This document shows positions 7,982 to 17,691 of a stretch of 64,000 nucleotides of DNA, piece after piece. The notes beneath the pieces are model-generated. The model ran no database searches. It was not told the origin of the DNA and saw only the letters and a program-made list of their open reading frames with translations. The stretch covers positions 1-64,000 of the forward strand of contig DASCPX010000149.1 in assembly GCA_036012755.1 (NCBI GenBank). The letters run 5' to 3'. A program made the translations under genes and the position numbers. Source of the DNA: Myxococcota bacterium. GTDB lineage: Bacteria > Myxococcota_A > UBA796 > CAJQPC01. Position 1 is the first letter of the stretch; every line of letters begins with the position of its first letter.

Positions 7982-9839
7982 CGAGGAGGAGAGCATAGCC
8001 CCGCTCGCCGAGGACCCAGATGCGGCCTCGCTCGTCGACCCGCAGCCCGTGGAGCGCCCCGAGGGTCCACAGCTCCGGCGAGCCGAGAATGTCCACCTCG
8101 GTCGGCACGCGCACGACGCGCCCCTCCTCCAACAGCGCGTAGGTGGCGCCCTCTCCGACAGCGAGGTCGGCCACGCCACCCTCGAAGCCAGGGATCTCGA
8201 CCACCTCGCCGCTGCTCGGGTCGAGCAGCTGGAGTCCAGTCGCGGTGCCGATCCAGATCCCCTCCTCTGCTGAGGCGATGCACCTCGGCTGGCCGACTCG
8301 AACGTAGTCCCGAGTCATGCCGGCGGGGTCGATGGCGACCACGCGTCCTCCCGTGGCGGCGAGGAGCACGCTCGGCCCGCCGTCGAGGTCATCCACCTGG
8401 CCGAGGCCCGGGATCGGGACGAAGCGGTCGGCCCCCGCGTCGTAGCGGTAGAGCCCGGTGTCCCCCGCGACCCAGAGGCTGGAGGCCGAGACCGCGACGT
8501 GCCTCGGGGTCTCGGGAAGATCGACGCGGTGGAGCCTGCGGTCCACCCGGAAGGCGTCCGTACCCGTGAGCACCCAGATGGCCCCGCCAAGGGCCTCCAG
8601 TCCGTAGACCGGACCGGGCAGGGCCGCCGCGTCCCGGTGCCGCCGCCCGAGCTCTCCGATGAGCGCCAACTGCTGTCCGCCGAGCAACACGGCGTCGCCG
8701 ACAGCGAGCACGTCGTAGGCGGGGCGCCCCTCTGCCGCGGCCGAGACCGGCCAGGGCACGACGGCGCCCACCTCCGGCCAGGCCAGCGCGAGACCGTCGT
8801 CCGTGCCGACCCACAGCTTGCCGGGGGGACCAGGCACGACCTCGTAGACCGCGTCTCCCGGAACACCTGCTCGGATGCGCTCGACGCCGTCGGTCCAGCG
8901 CAGCAGACCGTCGGTGTCCGCCGCCGCATAGAGCTCCTCGCCGACCCGAGCGAGGGCGTAGACGGCGCCCGGACCCCAGAAGGGAACCAACAGGCCCTCC
9001 TGGAGCAGGAGGATGCCCTCGCTGTCCGTGGCGAGGTAGCTGCGCACACCCTCGTGCTCGACATCCCAGACGTTGACGTCCCCGTCGACACCTTCGATGG
9101 GCTCGCCCTCCGGAAGACCGCGGAGGCCGTCGTAGCCGGCCCAGAGACGGGCGTCGGAGCCAGGCTCGATCGAGAACACCGAGCGTGGTGACAGCACGGT
9201 CTCCAGGGTGCCGTGCCGCATCCTCGCGAGGCCGTGCCAGGTGCCGATCCACAGGGTCTCGCCCTCGGCGCCCAGGGCCTGGACCCAGGGATCCGGCAGG
9301 GTGTCGTCGAGGACTTGGGAGCCGTCGAGCCGAGCGAGCCCGAGGCCAGTGCCGACCCAGGTGGTCCCCTGGTGTTCGCGCACGGCGTTGACCTCGTTGG
9401 TGGGCAGCCCCTCGGCCACACCGAAGGACTCCGCCACCAGGTGGTTTTGGTGGACGCGGACGAGCCCGCCGCCGAGCAGGGCCACCCAAGCACCGTCCTC
9501 TGTGGGCCAGATGTCGGCGACCTGGCTGCCGGGCAGCGCGCCGGGGGCGACGAGGCGGGCGACACCGGAGGCGTCCAGGCCCCACGTCGGCGAGACCTCG
9601 ACACCGTCGACCCGCACCCGTGTCTCCGGAGGGACGCGGCCGATCGACAGCCCGGGCTCCGCGTCCTCGGCGACCAGCTCCCAGCCAGAACCGAGATCGA
9701 CCTCGAGCCTGGCTGGCACGAGATCCCAGTAGACCCGAACCTCTCGCGGCCCCTCCAGGTCCCCGAGGTCCGCCGGCTGCGCCGCCACGGCGCGCAGGTG
9801 ACCTGGGGCCGCGAACGCCGCCCCGAGAATCAGGATCAC
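7974..9839 (-). CDS. Secreted two-component-regulator-propeller (beta-propeller) protein
   Basis: Repeats GLPTNEVNAV..WVGTGLGL, LWIGTWHGL, LWVGTDDGL. GTG 9839 overlaps the DUF362 stop. Confidence 0.75.
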   Translation of the reverse strand: MILILGAAFAAPGHLRAVAAQPADLGDLEGPREVRVYWDLVPARLEVDLGSGWELVAEDAEPGLSIGRVPPETRVRVDGVEVSPTWGLDASGVARLVAPGALPGSQVADIWPTEDGAWVALLGGGLVRVHQNHLVAESFGVAEGLPTNEVNAVREHQGTTWVGTGLGLARLDGSQVLDDTLPDPWVQALGAEGETLWIGTWHGLARMRHGTLETVLSPRSVFSIEPGSDARLWAGYDGLRGLPEGEPIEGVDGDVNVWDVEHEGVRSYLATDSEGILLLQEGLLVPFWGPGAVYALARVGEELYAAADTDGLLRWTDGVERIRAGVPGDAVYEVVPGPPGKLWVGTDDGLALAWPEVGAVVPWPVSAAAEGRPAYDVLAVGDAVLLGGQQLALIGELGRRHRDAAALPGPVYGLEALGGAIWVLTGTDAFRVDRRLHRVDLPETPRHVAVSASSLWVAGDTGLYRYDAGADRFVPIPGLGQVDDLDGGPSVLLAATGGRVVAIDPAGMTRDYVRVGQPRCIASAEEGIWIGTATGLQLLDPSSGEVVEIPGFEGGVADLAVGEGATYALLEEGRVVRVPTEVDILGSPELWTLGALHGLRVDERGRIWVLGERGYALLLDV

Positions 9840-11065
9840 AAGCCCTCGACGTCGAGCTTGTGGCGCTCCACCTGGCGCTCGAGGTGACCCAGGGGACCCT
9901 CCAGCTCGATCGCGTCCTTCGGACAGACCCACCAGCAGTAGAGGCAACCGATGCAGTCGGCGGCCTCCGTCTTCACGCCGATGTCGATCAGCGGGAGGTG
10001 GGTCGGGCAGAAGTCCTCGCACCTCCTGCAGTCGCCGCAGGCCTCCGGGTCGCGGGACAGGCCGATCACGCCGTCGTCTTCGAGGCTGTAGAGGTCCTGG
10101 ATGATGCCGAGGTCGTAGGCCGTCTGGGAGACCGCGGGCAGGTCGACCAGGGGGCGGACGGTGAGCTTCAACCAGTGGAGGCTCTTGCTCTCCGAGAGCT
10201 CGGCCAGGCGGCTCCTCGGCGGCGCCCGCTCGATGGGGCGCAGCACCGGGAGCTCCGCGGCGACCCGTCGGGCGAGGCCCTCGTCCAGGATCCCGGCCTC
10301 GACCGCGTGCGCCATGTAGCCGACCTCGCGCCAGGGCATGTCCACCAGGCGGGTGACCACGAGATCGTTGAGGAAGGCGTCGTCGCTCATCAACAGCCGA
10401 CCGAGCCGGAAGGGGTGGCCGTCCCCCGGCCCGTTGCCTTCCATGCCGACGAGCCCGTCGACGAGCACCAGGTCCGGCCGCACCGCCTCGTTGATCGCGA
10501 AGATGTTCCGAGCGAGGTCCAGGTGGATGTCGCGCTTGGCCTGGCCGACGCAGATGCCCACCCAGTTCTTCATGGCACAGGACAGGCCCGCCTCGGCGTG
10601 GGTCTTCACCTTCGGGATCGAGATGAGGAAGTCGGCGTCGAGGACGGTGCGCGCGACCATCGGGCGGGCGCCGGCGTGCAAGACGATCGGGACCCCCTCG
10701 TCCTCGTTGAGATCCCTGATCTCGACGCCATAGCGCTCCGCGAGCCGGTCGACTCGCAGCCGCCGGAAGCAGTCGATGCCCCGACGGTGCACGCCGACGT
10801 TGCTCCCGTCGCAGACCACGAGGTCGCGGTAGCCCCGGTCCTGGAGTGCCTCGATCAGCGAGCAGAGGACTCGCAGATCGACGGAGTTCCCCACCAGCGC
10901 CACGAGGTCGTTGTTGAGGTTCGGCTTGATGGCGATGCGGGCGTCGAGGTCAGGGGGGAGCACCTCGGCGAAGCACTCGAGGAGCTCCTCGACGCGTGCC
11001 TTCACCTCCGAGGTGGTCCACGCGCTCCGAACCTCGACGGTGCCGCGCTCGCAGGAGAACCTCAC
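9836..11065 (-). CDS. DUF362 domain protein with C-terminal 2x[4Fe-4S] ferredoxin
   Basis: IKPNL, PKVKTH, MKNWVG, GMEGNGP, CGDCRRCEDFCP, CIGCLYCWWVCP. Confidence 0.88.
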   Translation of the reverse strand: MRFSCERGTVEVRSAWTTSEVKARVEELLECFAEVLPPDLDARIAIKPNLNNDLVALVGNSVDLRVLCSLIEALQDRGYRDLVVCDGSNVGVHRRGIDCFRRLRVDRLAERYGVEIRDLNEDEGVPIVLHAGARPMVARTVLDADFLISIPKVKTHAEAGLSCAMKNWVGICVGQAKRDIHLDLARNIFAINEAVRPDLVLVDGLVGMEGNGPGDGHPFRLGRLLMSDDAFLNDLVVTRLVDMPWREVGYMAHAVEAGILDEGLARRVAAELPVLRPIERAPPRSRLAELSESKSLHWLKLTVRPLVDLPAVSQTAYDLGIIQDLYSLEDDGVIGLSRDPEACGDCRRCEDFCPTHLPLIDIGVKTEAADCIGCLYCWWVCPKDAIELEGPLGHLERQVERHKLDVEGL

Positions 11066-11928
11066 GAACTCCCAGGTTCGCCGGCCGAGACACAGACCTG
11101 CCCGTCGGTCCTCGCGAGGTCGCGCCAGCTGACCCAGCCGCCGCCGTCGTAGCAGACCAGGAGCTCGCCGTCCGGGTCGAGGTTACGGAGCTCAGAGAGC
11201 CGCACCGGCCCGAAGACGTGCCCGTTGAGCTGGAAGAACCAGAACTTTCGCTGGGCCTGTTTGTCCCGCCGCTGCCAGATCCGCTCGCAGCACTTCCGGT
11301 ACGCAGCCACCTCGTCCGGGTCCCAGATGCCGTTGTCGTTCGCGTCCCAGTGGGTGAGCAGGGCGCAGCTTCGATCCACCTCGGCCCGGTGATCGGCGTC
11401 GGCTTCTAGCCGCGTGATGATCTCCCGGACCTGCTCGGCCCGGTGCACGTCGCCCAGGGCTTCGAGGTGATCCGCCTCTTTCTCCAGGCTGCGGAGCGCG
11501 TGGGCTTCGCGCCAGCGGCTCGGCAAGAGCCCCATCGACTTCAGGATCAGGGGGGTGAACCACCCGGTGCCCGGCACCGGCAGCGCCGCGTTTCCTGCGG
11601 CCACCAGGCCAGCAGGCACGACCCTGAGCACATCGAGGACCTGGGCCCGCACCACGTCCTTCTGCTCCACCGTCAGGTCCTCGCCGGTCTTCATGCGGTG
11701 GCGGACGAGCGTCCAGACCTCCTTGCTCTCCTGCAGCTCGCCGACGACGTTCGTCCACTGCTGGAGCGCCGCCTTCTTCATCCCCGCGCTCAGGCGCTTG
11801 AACACGCCCGGGGGCTTCTCGACGGCGTCGATCTCCTCCTGGACCTCGCGCAGGACCCGAGCGTCCTCTGTCTGCCCTTCGGCCTCTAGCTCGGCTGCCA
11901 GCATGCCGAGCGTGGCGGCTTCAGCCAT
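11062..11928 (-). CDS. Hypothetical protein: LETM1-like segment + EF-hand loop + GYF_2-like C-terminus
   Basis: LTVEQKDVVRAQVLDVLRVVP...LLPSRW; DANDNGIWDPDE; WFFQLNGHVFGPVRLSEL. Confidence 0.7.
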   Translation of the reverse strand: MAEAATLGMLAAELEAEGQTEDARVLREVQEEIDAVEKPPGVFKRLSAGMKKAALQQWTNVVGELQESKEVWTLVRHRMKTGEDLTVEQKDVVRAQVLDVLRVVPAGLVAAGNAALPVPGTGWFTPLILKSMGLLPSRWREAHALRSLEKEADHLEALGDVHRAEQVREIITRLEADADHRAEVDRSCALLTHWDANDNGIWDPDEVAAYRKCCERIWQRRDKQAQRKFWFFQLNGHVFGPVRLSELRNLDPDGELLVCYDGGGWVSWRDLARTDGQVCVSAGEPGSS

Positions 11929-12982
11929 CGCGGAGGCCCTCCAGGATGCGCTCGTAGCGCAACCATACCGCGTTCCAGTCGTAGCGCTCGGCGACGAAGG
12001 CCCGACCCTCTTCGCCCAGGCGACGCCTCGCTCCCTCGTCGTCCATGAGCCGGACCATGGCGTCGCGCATGGCCCCCACGTCCCCCCGCGGCACCGGGAC
12101 GCCGATGCCCCCGGTCGCCTCGCGGACGGCGGGCTGCTCGCTCCAGATGACGGGCTTGCCGCAGGCCATGCCGTCGATCGCGGTGAAGCCGAAGCCCTCG
12201 TCCATCAAGGTCGGGAAGAGCACGACGTCGGCCTCGCGGTAGTGGGGCGCGATCTGGGGCACGTCTGTGTGGAACTCGACCGGCTGGCCCCAGGCCTGGA
12301 CCTCGAGCTGCCGCAGGAAGACGGGGTCGTCCACCGCCCCGACGATGTGGAGCTCGGCGCGCTCCTTGTACCGCCGCGGCAGGCGGGCGAGGGCATCGAC
12401 GGCAAGGTGCTGGCCCTTTCCCGGCAGGATGCGCGAGGGGTAGACGAAGCGGATCCTCTCTCGATCGGTCTCGGCAGGGCGGAAGACGTCGAGGTCGACA
12501 CCGTTGTGCACCACGGCGATGCGCCGTCGCGGGACGCCGATGCCGACGAGGCGGTCGGCGCTGGCATCGCTGACGGTGATGACCTTGCCGAGGCGGCGCG
12601 CCTTGAACCGGTAGAAGAGCTCACGGGTGAGGACCTCGAAGCCACGACTGGCGACGCCGAAGTTGAGGTCGTGAACGATGCAGGCTGCGGGCGCCCCGAG
12701 GGTGGGGACCTCGATGGAGTTCGCGAGCACGACCTCTGGCTTGAAGCCGCGGAGCTCCCGGAGCGCAGCCCACCACATCCGCCGCCAGGCCGCGACCCGA
12801 GAGCTCTCGCAGAGATCCACCGCGACGGCCTCGGGAGGCACGAGCTTGCGGTCGTTGCGGAAGCCGACGAGGAGCCGGACCTCGTGCCGCAGGCGGGCGC
12901 GCTGGTAGAGGTTCGCGAAGACCGTCTCCGTCCCGCTGAGCACATCGGGCGGGAAGCGCCGCGCGACCATGAGGATCCGCAT
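11921..12982 (-). CDS. Glycosyltransferase family 4
   Basis: VHNGVD, KGQH, EGFGFTAIDGMACGKPVI. Confidence 0.92.
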   Translation of the reverse strand: MRILMVARRFPPDVLSGTETVFANLYQRARLRHEVRLLVGFRNDRKLVPPEAVAVDLCESSRVAAWRRMWWAALRELRGFKPEVVLANSIEVPTLGAPAACIVHDLNFGVASRGFEVLTRELFYRFKARRLGKVITVSDASADRLVGIGVPRRRIAVVHNGVDLDVFRPAETDRERIRFVYPSRILPGKGQHLAVDALARLPRRYKERAELHIVGAVDDPVFLRQLEVQAWGQPVEFHTDVPQIAPHYREADVVLFPTLMDEGFGFTAIDGMACGKPVIWSEQPAVREATGGIGVPVPRGDVGAMRDAMVRLMDDEGARRRLGEEGRAFVAERYDWNAVWLRYERILEGLRDG

Positions 12983-13989
12983 CAGGGGAAGTTCGGGAGC
13001 GGTCCGACCATGCCCTCGTCCCGGAACCAGGCCAGGGCGGCCGCGATGCCTTCGTCGAGGGGTCGGGTGGTGTAGCCGAGCTCGCGCCGCGCCTTGTCGG
13101 AGCTGAAACGGAATCCCCTGCTGTAGCCCCAGCGCACCGAGTTGCTGTTCAACAGGGGCTCCTTCCCGGTGACAGCCTCCGCGAGGTCGCCAAGGAGCCC
13201 GGCGACGGAGGCGACGACGCGCGGGACCTCCATCGACGGAGGCTTCGTCCCGGCGACAGCGGCGATCCGTCTGAAGATGGCGCCGTAGCTGAGGTTCTCG
13301 TCACCGAGGATGTAGCGCTCCCCCCTCCGGCCCTTCTCCATGGCGAGCACCATGCCGCGGGCGACGTCGCGCACGTCGACGAAGCAGTTCACCCCTGCGG
13401 AGTAGCCGGGGACCTTGCGTTTCACGACCTCCAACAGCATCGCTCCGCTGGAGGGGCGCTGGTCGTAGGGACCGAACATGAAGCCGGGATTCACGGCGAC
13501 GACGTCGAGATCCTCGCAGCCGAGGGCCAGCTCCTCGCCCAGGCGCTTGGTGGTCGCGTAGCCGTCCGCCAGCCCGAACTCCCCGAAGTTCCAGGGGGTG
13601 GACTCGTCGGCGTCGGGCTCGCCCGTCGCGAGCCCCACGGCCACCGTGCTCGAGCAGTAGACGAGGCGCTCGACCCTGGCGCGGCGGCAGGCCTCGAGGA
13701 TGTTCCGCGTCCCCTCGACGTTCGCCGCCTGCAGCGTGGGCGTGACCTGGGGCTTGATGCTGACCGCCGCCGCGCAGTGGAAGACGACCTCTGCCCCTTC
13801 GAAGGCACGCGCGAGCCCGTCGACGTCCGACAGGTCTGCCTCCGCCCAGGCCAGTTCGAGCTCGTCGAGGTGAGCCGTGCGAGAGGTCGCCCGCCTGGTC
13901 GCCACGACCTCGTAGTCGCCATCGCACAGGACCTTCGCCAGGTTTGCTCCGACGAACCCGGTGGCTCCAGTGATGGCGACCCGCCTCAT
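12982..13989 (-). CDS. NAD-dependent epimerase/dehydratase (HpnA-like extended SDR)
   Basis: TGATGFVG, YATTK, KARRELGY. Confidence 0.9.
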   Translation of the reverse strand: MRRVAITGATGFVGANLAKVLCDGDYEVVATRRATSRTAHLDELELAWAEADLSDVDGLARAFEGAEVVFHCAAAVSIKPQVTPTLQAANVEGTRNILEACRRARVERLVYCSSTVAVGLATGEPDADESTPWNFGEFGLADGYATTKRLGEELALGCEDLDVVAVNPGFMFGPYDQRPSSGAMLLEVVKRKVPGYSAGVNCFVDVRDVARGMVLAMEKGRRGERYILGDENLSYGAIFRRIAAVAGTKPPSMEVPRVVASVAGLLGDLAEAVTGKEPLLNSNSVRWGYSRGFRFSSDKARRELGYTTRPLDEGIAAALAWFRDEGMVGPLPNFP

Positions 13990-14074
13990 CTCGCTCGTCT
14001 AACCCGGGCGGGGGTGCGACAAGCGCCCAGGGCGTGGGTACTGTGTCCACTCCCGTCGCCTACCGCACGAGTCC

Positions 14075-15106
14075 GTGATGACCTTGATGCTGCTCGCGTG
14101 CACCCCGACTGAGACCAAGGTCGAGTTCGTGCAGGTGGAGCGGTGGGCTGGCGACACCGGCTTCGAAGGGGAGCGCACCCTCGTCGGGGTGAACTACCCG
14201 TGGACCTACCAGCGCATCTACGCGCTGGACGGGGACGCAGAGGTCGTCGGCTACTACGAGATCCCAGAGGAGATCTACGGCTACGACAGCGGAAGCCACG
14301 CGGCGCTCCTGATGGACTTCGAGCTGCTCGAGGGCGGCAACGTCGTCTTCGCCATGAGCCCCAAGGGCCTCTTCGAGATCGACCCCCTCGGCGAGCTCGT
14401 GTGGAGGATGAGGGACTTCCACGTCTCCCACGACTTCGACCGCCTCGACAACGGGAACCACCTCATCGCTCGGACCTGGGCCGAAAAGGGCGACAAGCAG
14501 ATCGTCGAGCGCGGCGAGGACGGAAAGGACGTCTGGGTGTGGCGCGGCATGAAGCGCTACGGCGAAGACCCGCGCTTCGTCGACATCTCCGACGAGGGCG
14601 GCGCCTGGATGCACATCACCGCGGTGCAGCGACTCGACAACGGCATCACCCGGGCATGTATCCGCAACTTCAACATGATCGTCGACATCACCCCCGAGGG
14701 GAGGGTCGTCAACGAGATCGTCCTCCGCTCGACGACCGACCAGGTCGCGACCACCACTGGCCGCATCACCGGTGAGCGGCCCCACGGAATGGAGACCACC
14801 GAGGACGGCTCCATCCTCTTCGGGACGCGCTTCCCCGACCGCGTCATCGAGGTCAACGCCGACGGCCAGCTCCTTTGGAAGTTCCGGGCCGACGGCGTGA
14901 CCAGCATCCGCGACACCGACCGGCTCCCGACGGGGAACACGCTCCTGAGCGAGCGGACCAGCGTCGTCGAGACCAACCCGGAGGGAGAGATCGTCTGGGA
15001 GTGGGAGGCCCCGGAGGTCGAGGACCAGGATGTGGAGATGGAGGACATGAGCCCGATCATGACGGTGCTCCGCATCGCCGAGGACGGGAGCTTCGACAAC
15101 CGCTAG
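14075..15106 (+). CDS. Arylsulfotransferase (ASST)-family beta-propeller lipoprotein
   Basis: Lipobox LLAC; SHDFDRLDNGNHL, WMHITAV, IRNFN, RPHG; GE.VW.W propeller repeats. Confidence 0.7.
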   Translation: MMTLMLLACTPTETKVEFVQVERWAGDTGFEGERTLVGVNYPWTYQRIYALDGDAEVVGYYEIPEEIYGYDSGSHAALLMDFELLEGGNVVFAMSPKGLFEIDPLGELVWRMRDFHVSHDFDRLDNGNHLIARTWAEKGDKQIVERGEDGKDVWVWRGMKRYGEDPRFVDISDEGGAWMHITAVQRLDNGITRACIRNFNMIVDITPEGRVVNEIVLRSTTDQVATTTGRITGERPHGMETTEDGSILFGTRFPDRVIEVNADGQLLWKFRADGVTSIRDTDRLPTGNTLLSERTSVVETNPEGEIVWEWEAPEVEDQDVEMEDMSPIMTVLRIAEDGSFDNR

Positions 15107-16752
15107 CGCTCGATGTAGCCGAGGGCCTCCAGCATCGCCTGATCGACTCCCTCGCCGGCTTCCGGCCACGAGAGGTCGTCCACGAGGTCGTCTCGACTCC
15201 AGGGCCCGCGGATGTCCTCGCCGACCAGCGCTCGTCCAGGCAGATCCTGGGCCGGGCGGATGTCGAGCAGCTGGAGCAAGGTCGGCGCGACGTCCAGCAG
15301 ATCGGCGCCCTCGATGGTCCCTCCGGGGGCAACGGAGGGGGCGCGAATGTAGATGATGCCGCGGGCGTCGTGGTCCCCGGTGTAGCTCCGATCCGTGAGG
15401 CTCAGGTAGGCCCCCGCGGGCTCGCCACCGACGGAGCCCGACAGGGCCGCCTCCGTCTCGTCGACCAGGCTGACACCGAGGGTCTGCTCGTCGATGACTT
15501 CCCAGCTGTAGAAGGGCTCCCCGTCATCGTCAACAAGAGTACCGAGCTCCGCCTGGAGCGCCCCGAGATCCTCGGCCGAGACCGTGAGCTTAGCTCCCAG
15601 GCGAGAGACCTGGACCTCGCCGAGCACCGCGGAGAGTCGCTCTCGCAGCCGCTCCGTCTTGGGCTGCACGAAGCGCTTGTCGGCGTCGAGGGCCTTGAAG
15701 CCGTGGTCGCTGAGGACCACGACGGCGCAGTCGTCTCCGACCCTGTCCAGGAGCTCGCCGAGCAGCTCGTCGGCCTGCTTGTATGCATCCGACAGCGGGT
15801 CCTCGTCCTCGCCGAGCTGGTCCCAGAAGCGGTGCCCGAGGCCATCTGTGGCGTAGTAGGTGATGGTCGCCACCTCCGGCTCGTGCGCGCTCAGGGCGTG
15901 GACGAAGACGTCGCGGTCGATGCGGCCCCGGAGGAGGTTCAGGGCGACGAAGCGCTCGTCGTCGTCCGGATGCTCCAGCCGCTCGCGCAGCTTCCAGGCG
16001 GCGACCTCCCGCAAGGTGGAGAGCCTCAAGCCGTGGGGGATTCCCGCCAGGGCGAGGCGCCAGGACGGTCGGGTCTCGATGCGCCTGCGCTTCATGCGGT
16101 GGCCGAGCTCGAGCTCCTTGACGAAGGACAGCTCGGGCGGATGGGTCTCCGGGGATGGCGCCAGCCAGGCGGGCACGACGAAGCCGTCCACCTCCCGCGG
16201 CGGGTAGGTCACGAGCCACTTGTAGACGCCGATGCGGAGGCCCTGGCTCTCGGCGATGTCCCAGAAGCGAGGGACGAGGGCGTCGTCAGCGTGGACGTCG
16301 AAGCCGTGGATGCCGTGGTCGCGCGGGGGCTTGCCGCTGGCGATGGTGGTCCACAACAGCGGCGAGAACATCGGCTCCATCGAGCTCAGCGTCCCGCGGC
16401 TGCCCTCCGCCGCGAGACGGGAGAAGGCGGGCAGGTCCATCTCGTCGATGCGGTCGAAGGTCGCGCCGTCGACCCCCACGACGAGGAGCCTGGTGGGCCC
16501 GGGCCCGGGAGGCGGAAGGAGCACGGAGCCAAGGAACAATGCGATCGGAATGGCCGGCACCCAGGGCCTCGACCAGGTGCGAACGAAGAGGCCGAAGACC
16601 GCGCCGAGGCAGGCGGGAGCGAGCAGAGCGAGACAGAACCAGGTCACCGGCTCATCGAGGAACCAGGGGTTCGACGCCCGCAGGACGACGCCGAGGAGCG
16701 CCCCGGGGATGGCGGCGAGGCTGGCCGCGGCGAGGGCGGACCTCAGTCGCAC
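15103..16752 (-). CDS. Membrane-anchored alkaline phosphatase superfamily protein (type I phosphodiesterase/NPP-like)
   Basis: 3 TMs, VGVDGA, MFSPLLWTTIASG, SDHGF, TGDH, C-terminal LEALGYIE. Start GTG 16752. Confidence 0.85.
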   Translation of the reverse strand: MRLRSALAAASLAAIPGALLGVVLRASNPWFLDEPVTWFCLALLAPACLGAVFGLFVRTWSRPWVPAIPIALFLGSVLLPPPGPGPTRLLVVGVDGATFDRIDEMDLPAFSRLAAEGSRGTLSSMEPMFSPLLWTTIASGKPPRDHGIHGFDVHADDALVPRFWDIAESQGLRIGVYKWLVTYPPREVDGFVVPAWLAPSPETHPPELSFVKELELGHRMKRRRIETRPSWRLALAGIPHGLRLSTLREVAAWKLRERLEHPDDDERFVALNLLRGRIDRDVFVHALSAHEPEVATITYYATDGLGHRFWDQLGEDEDPLSDAYKQADELLGELLDRVGDDCAVVVLSDHGFKALDADKRFVQPKTERLRERLSAVLGEVQVSRLGAKLTVSAEDLGALQAELGTLVDDDGEPFYSWEVIDEQTLGVSLVDETEAALSGSVGGEPAGAYLSLTDRSYTGDHDARGIIYIRAPSVAPGGTIEGADLLDVAPTLLQLLDIRPAQDLPGRALVGEDIRGPWSRDDLVDDLSWPEAGEGVDQAMLEALGYIER

Positions 16753-17663
16753 AGCAACCTCCCCGGCTCGAACTCGTCCCAGAAGTGCCAGTCCTCCGGA
16801 TAGGCCGTGAGCCACCGCTGCAGGTGCTCGGCGACGAGGTCGGCTCCAGCCTCCAGCCCCTCCCCCAGCGGCAGGCCGCGGTCGAGCTCGATCGCCGGGC
16901 CGATCCCGGAGGCGTAGCCCCTGCCGAAGTGCCAGGTGTGGAGCGGCAGGAGCTCGGCGCCGGACTTCAACGCGAGGTAGACCGCCCCGACTGGGACTCG
17001 CATCCGCTGACCGAGCACGACGCGGTCATAGCGGCGGCCCAGCTCCTTGCCACCGCCAGTGCCGTCGACGGCGGAGAGCACGATCTCGCCGGCCTCCAGC
17101 GCCCTGATCAGGGGTCTGAGCTGGCGGCCGTCCCAGATGCGGGCGGGCAGGTCCTGCTCGAGCCGGTGCCGAAGGTCGGTCACGCGCTTGCCCTCCTGGC
17201 TGATGGACCCTTCGACCCCTCCGCCACCGACCTGGTTCACGGCGTAGCCGAGGGCGCCGAGCAGGCAGAGCGGGAGCTGGGCGCAGCCCATGTGCGGGTG
17301 CATGAGCACCACCCCCCCTCTCTGGAGCGCGGCGTCGAGGTGCTCGCGCCCATCGAGCCGGGTGTAGCTGGCCCCCTCCCCCGCCGCGATGCGCGCGAAG
17401 GTCCAGCTCACGTACTGGTCGGCGAAGTGGTTCTCGAAGACCTTCTCGGCGAGGGCGTCGAGGTCCCCCCGCTCGGGAAAAGCCCGCCGCAGGTTCCGCA
17501 CGACGCGCTCCCGCTGACCGGGGGCGAAGCGAAAGGCGACTCGCCCCAGCAGCCGGTTCGCGCGCAGCTCGGTCCCAGCGGGCAGTCGACCGAGAGAGCG
17601 GCGATAGGGACCCCACACCACCCTTCGGTAGACGTCCTTGAGCGGGCTCTCGCCGAAGACCAT
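16743..17663 (-). CDS. Lysophospholipid / lipid A-type acyltransferase (LpxL-like)
   Basis: NLRRAFP, GREHLDAAL, HMGCAQ, YPEDWHFW. Confidence 0.8.
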   Translation of the reverse strand: MVFGESPLKDVYRRVVWGPYRRSLGRLPAGTELRANRLLGRVAFRFAPGQRERVVRNLRRAFPERGDLDALAEKVFENHFADQYVSWTFARIAAGEGASYTRLDGREHLDAALQRGGVVLMHPHMGCAQLPLCLLGALGYAVNQVGGGGVEGSISQEGKRVTDLRHRLEQDLPARIWDGRQLRPLIRALEAGEIVLSAVDGTGGGKELGRRYDRVVLGQRMRVPVGAVYLALKSGAELLPLHTWHFGRGYASGIGPAIELDRGLPLGEGLEAGADLVAEHLQRWLTAYPEDWHFWDEFEPGRLLCD

Positions 17664-17691
17664 GCCCTGCTCTATCCCGGTGGCGGCCTCC

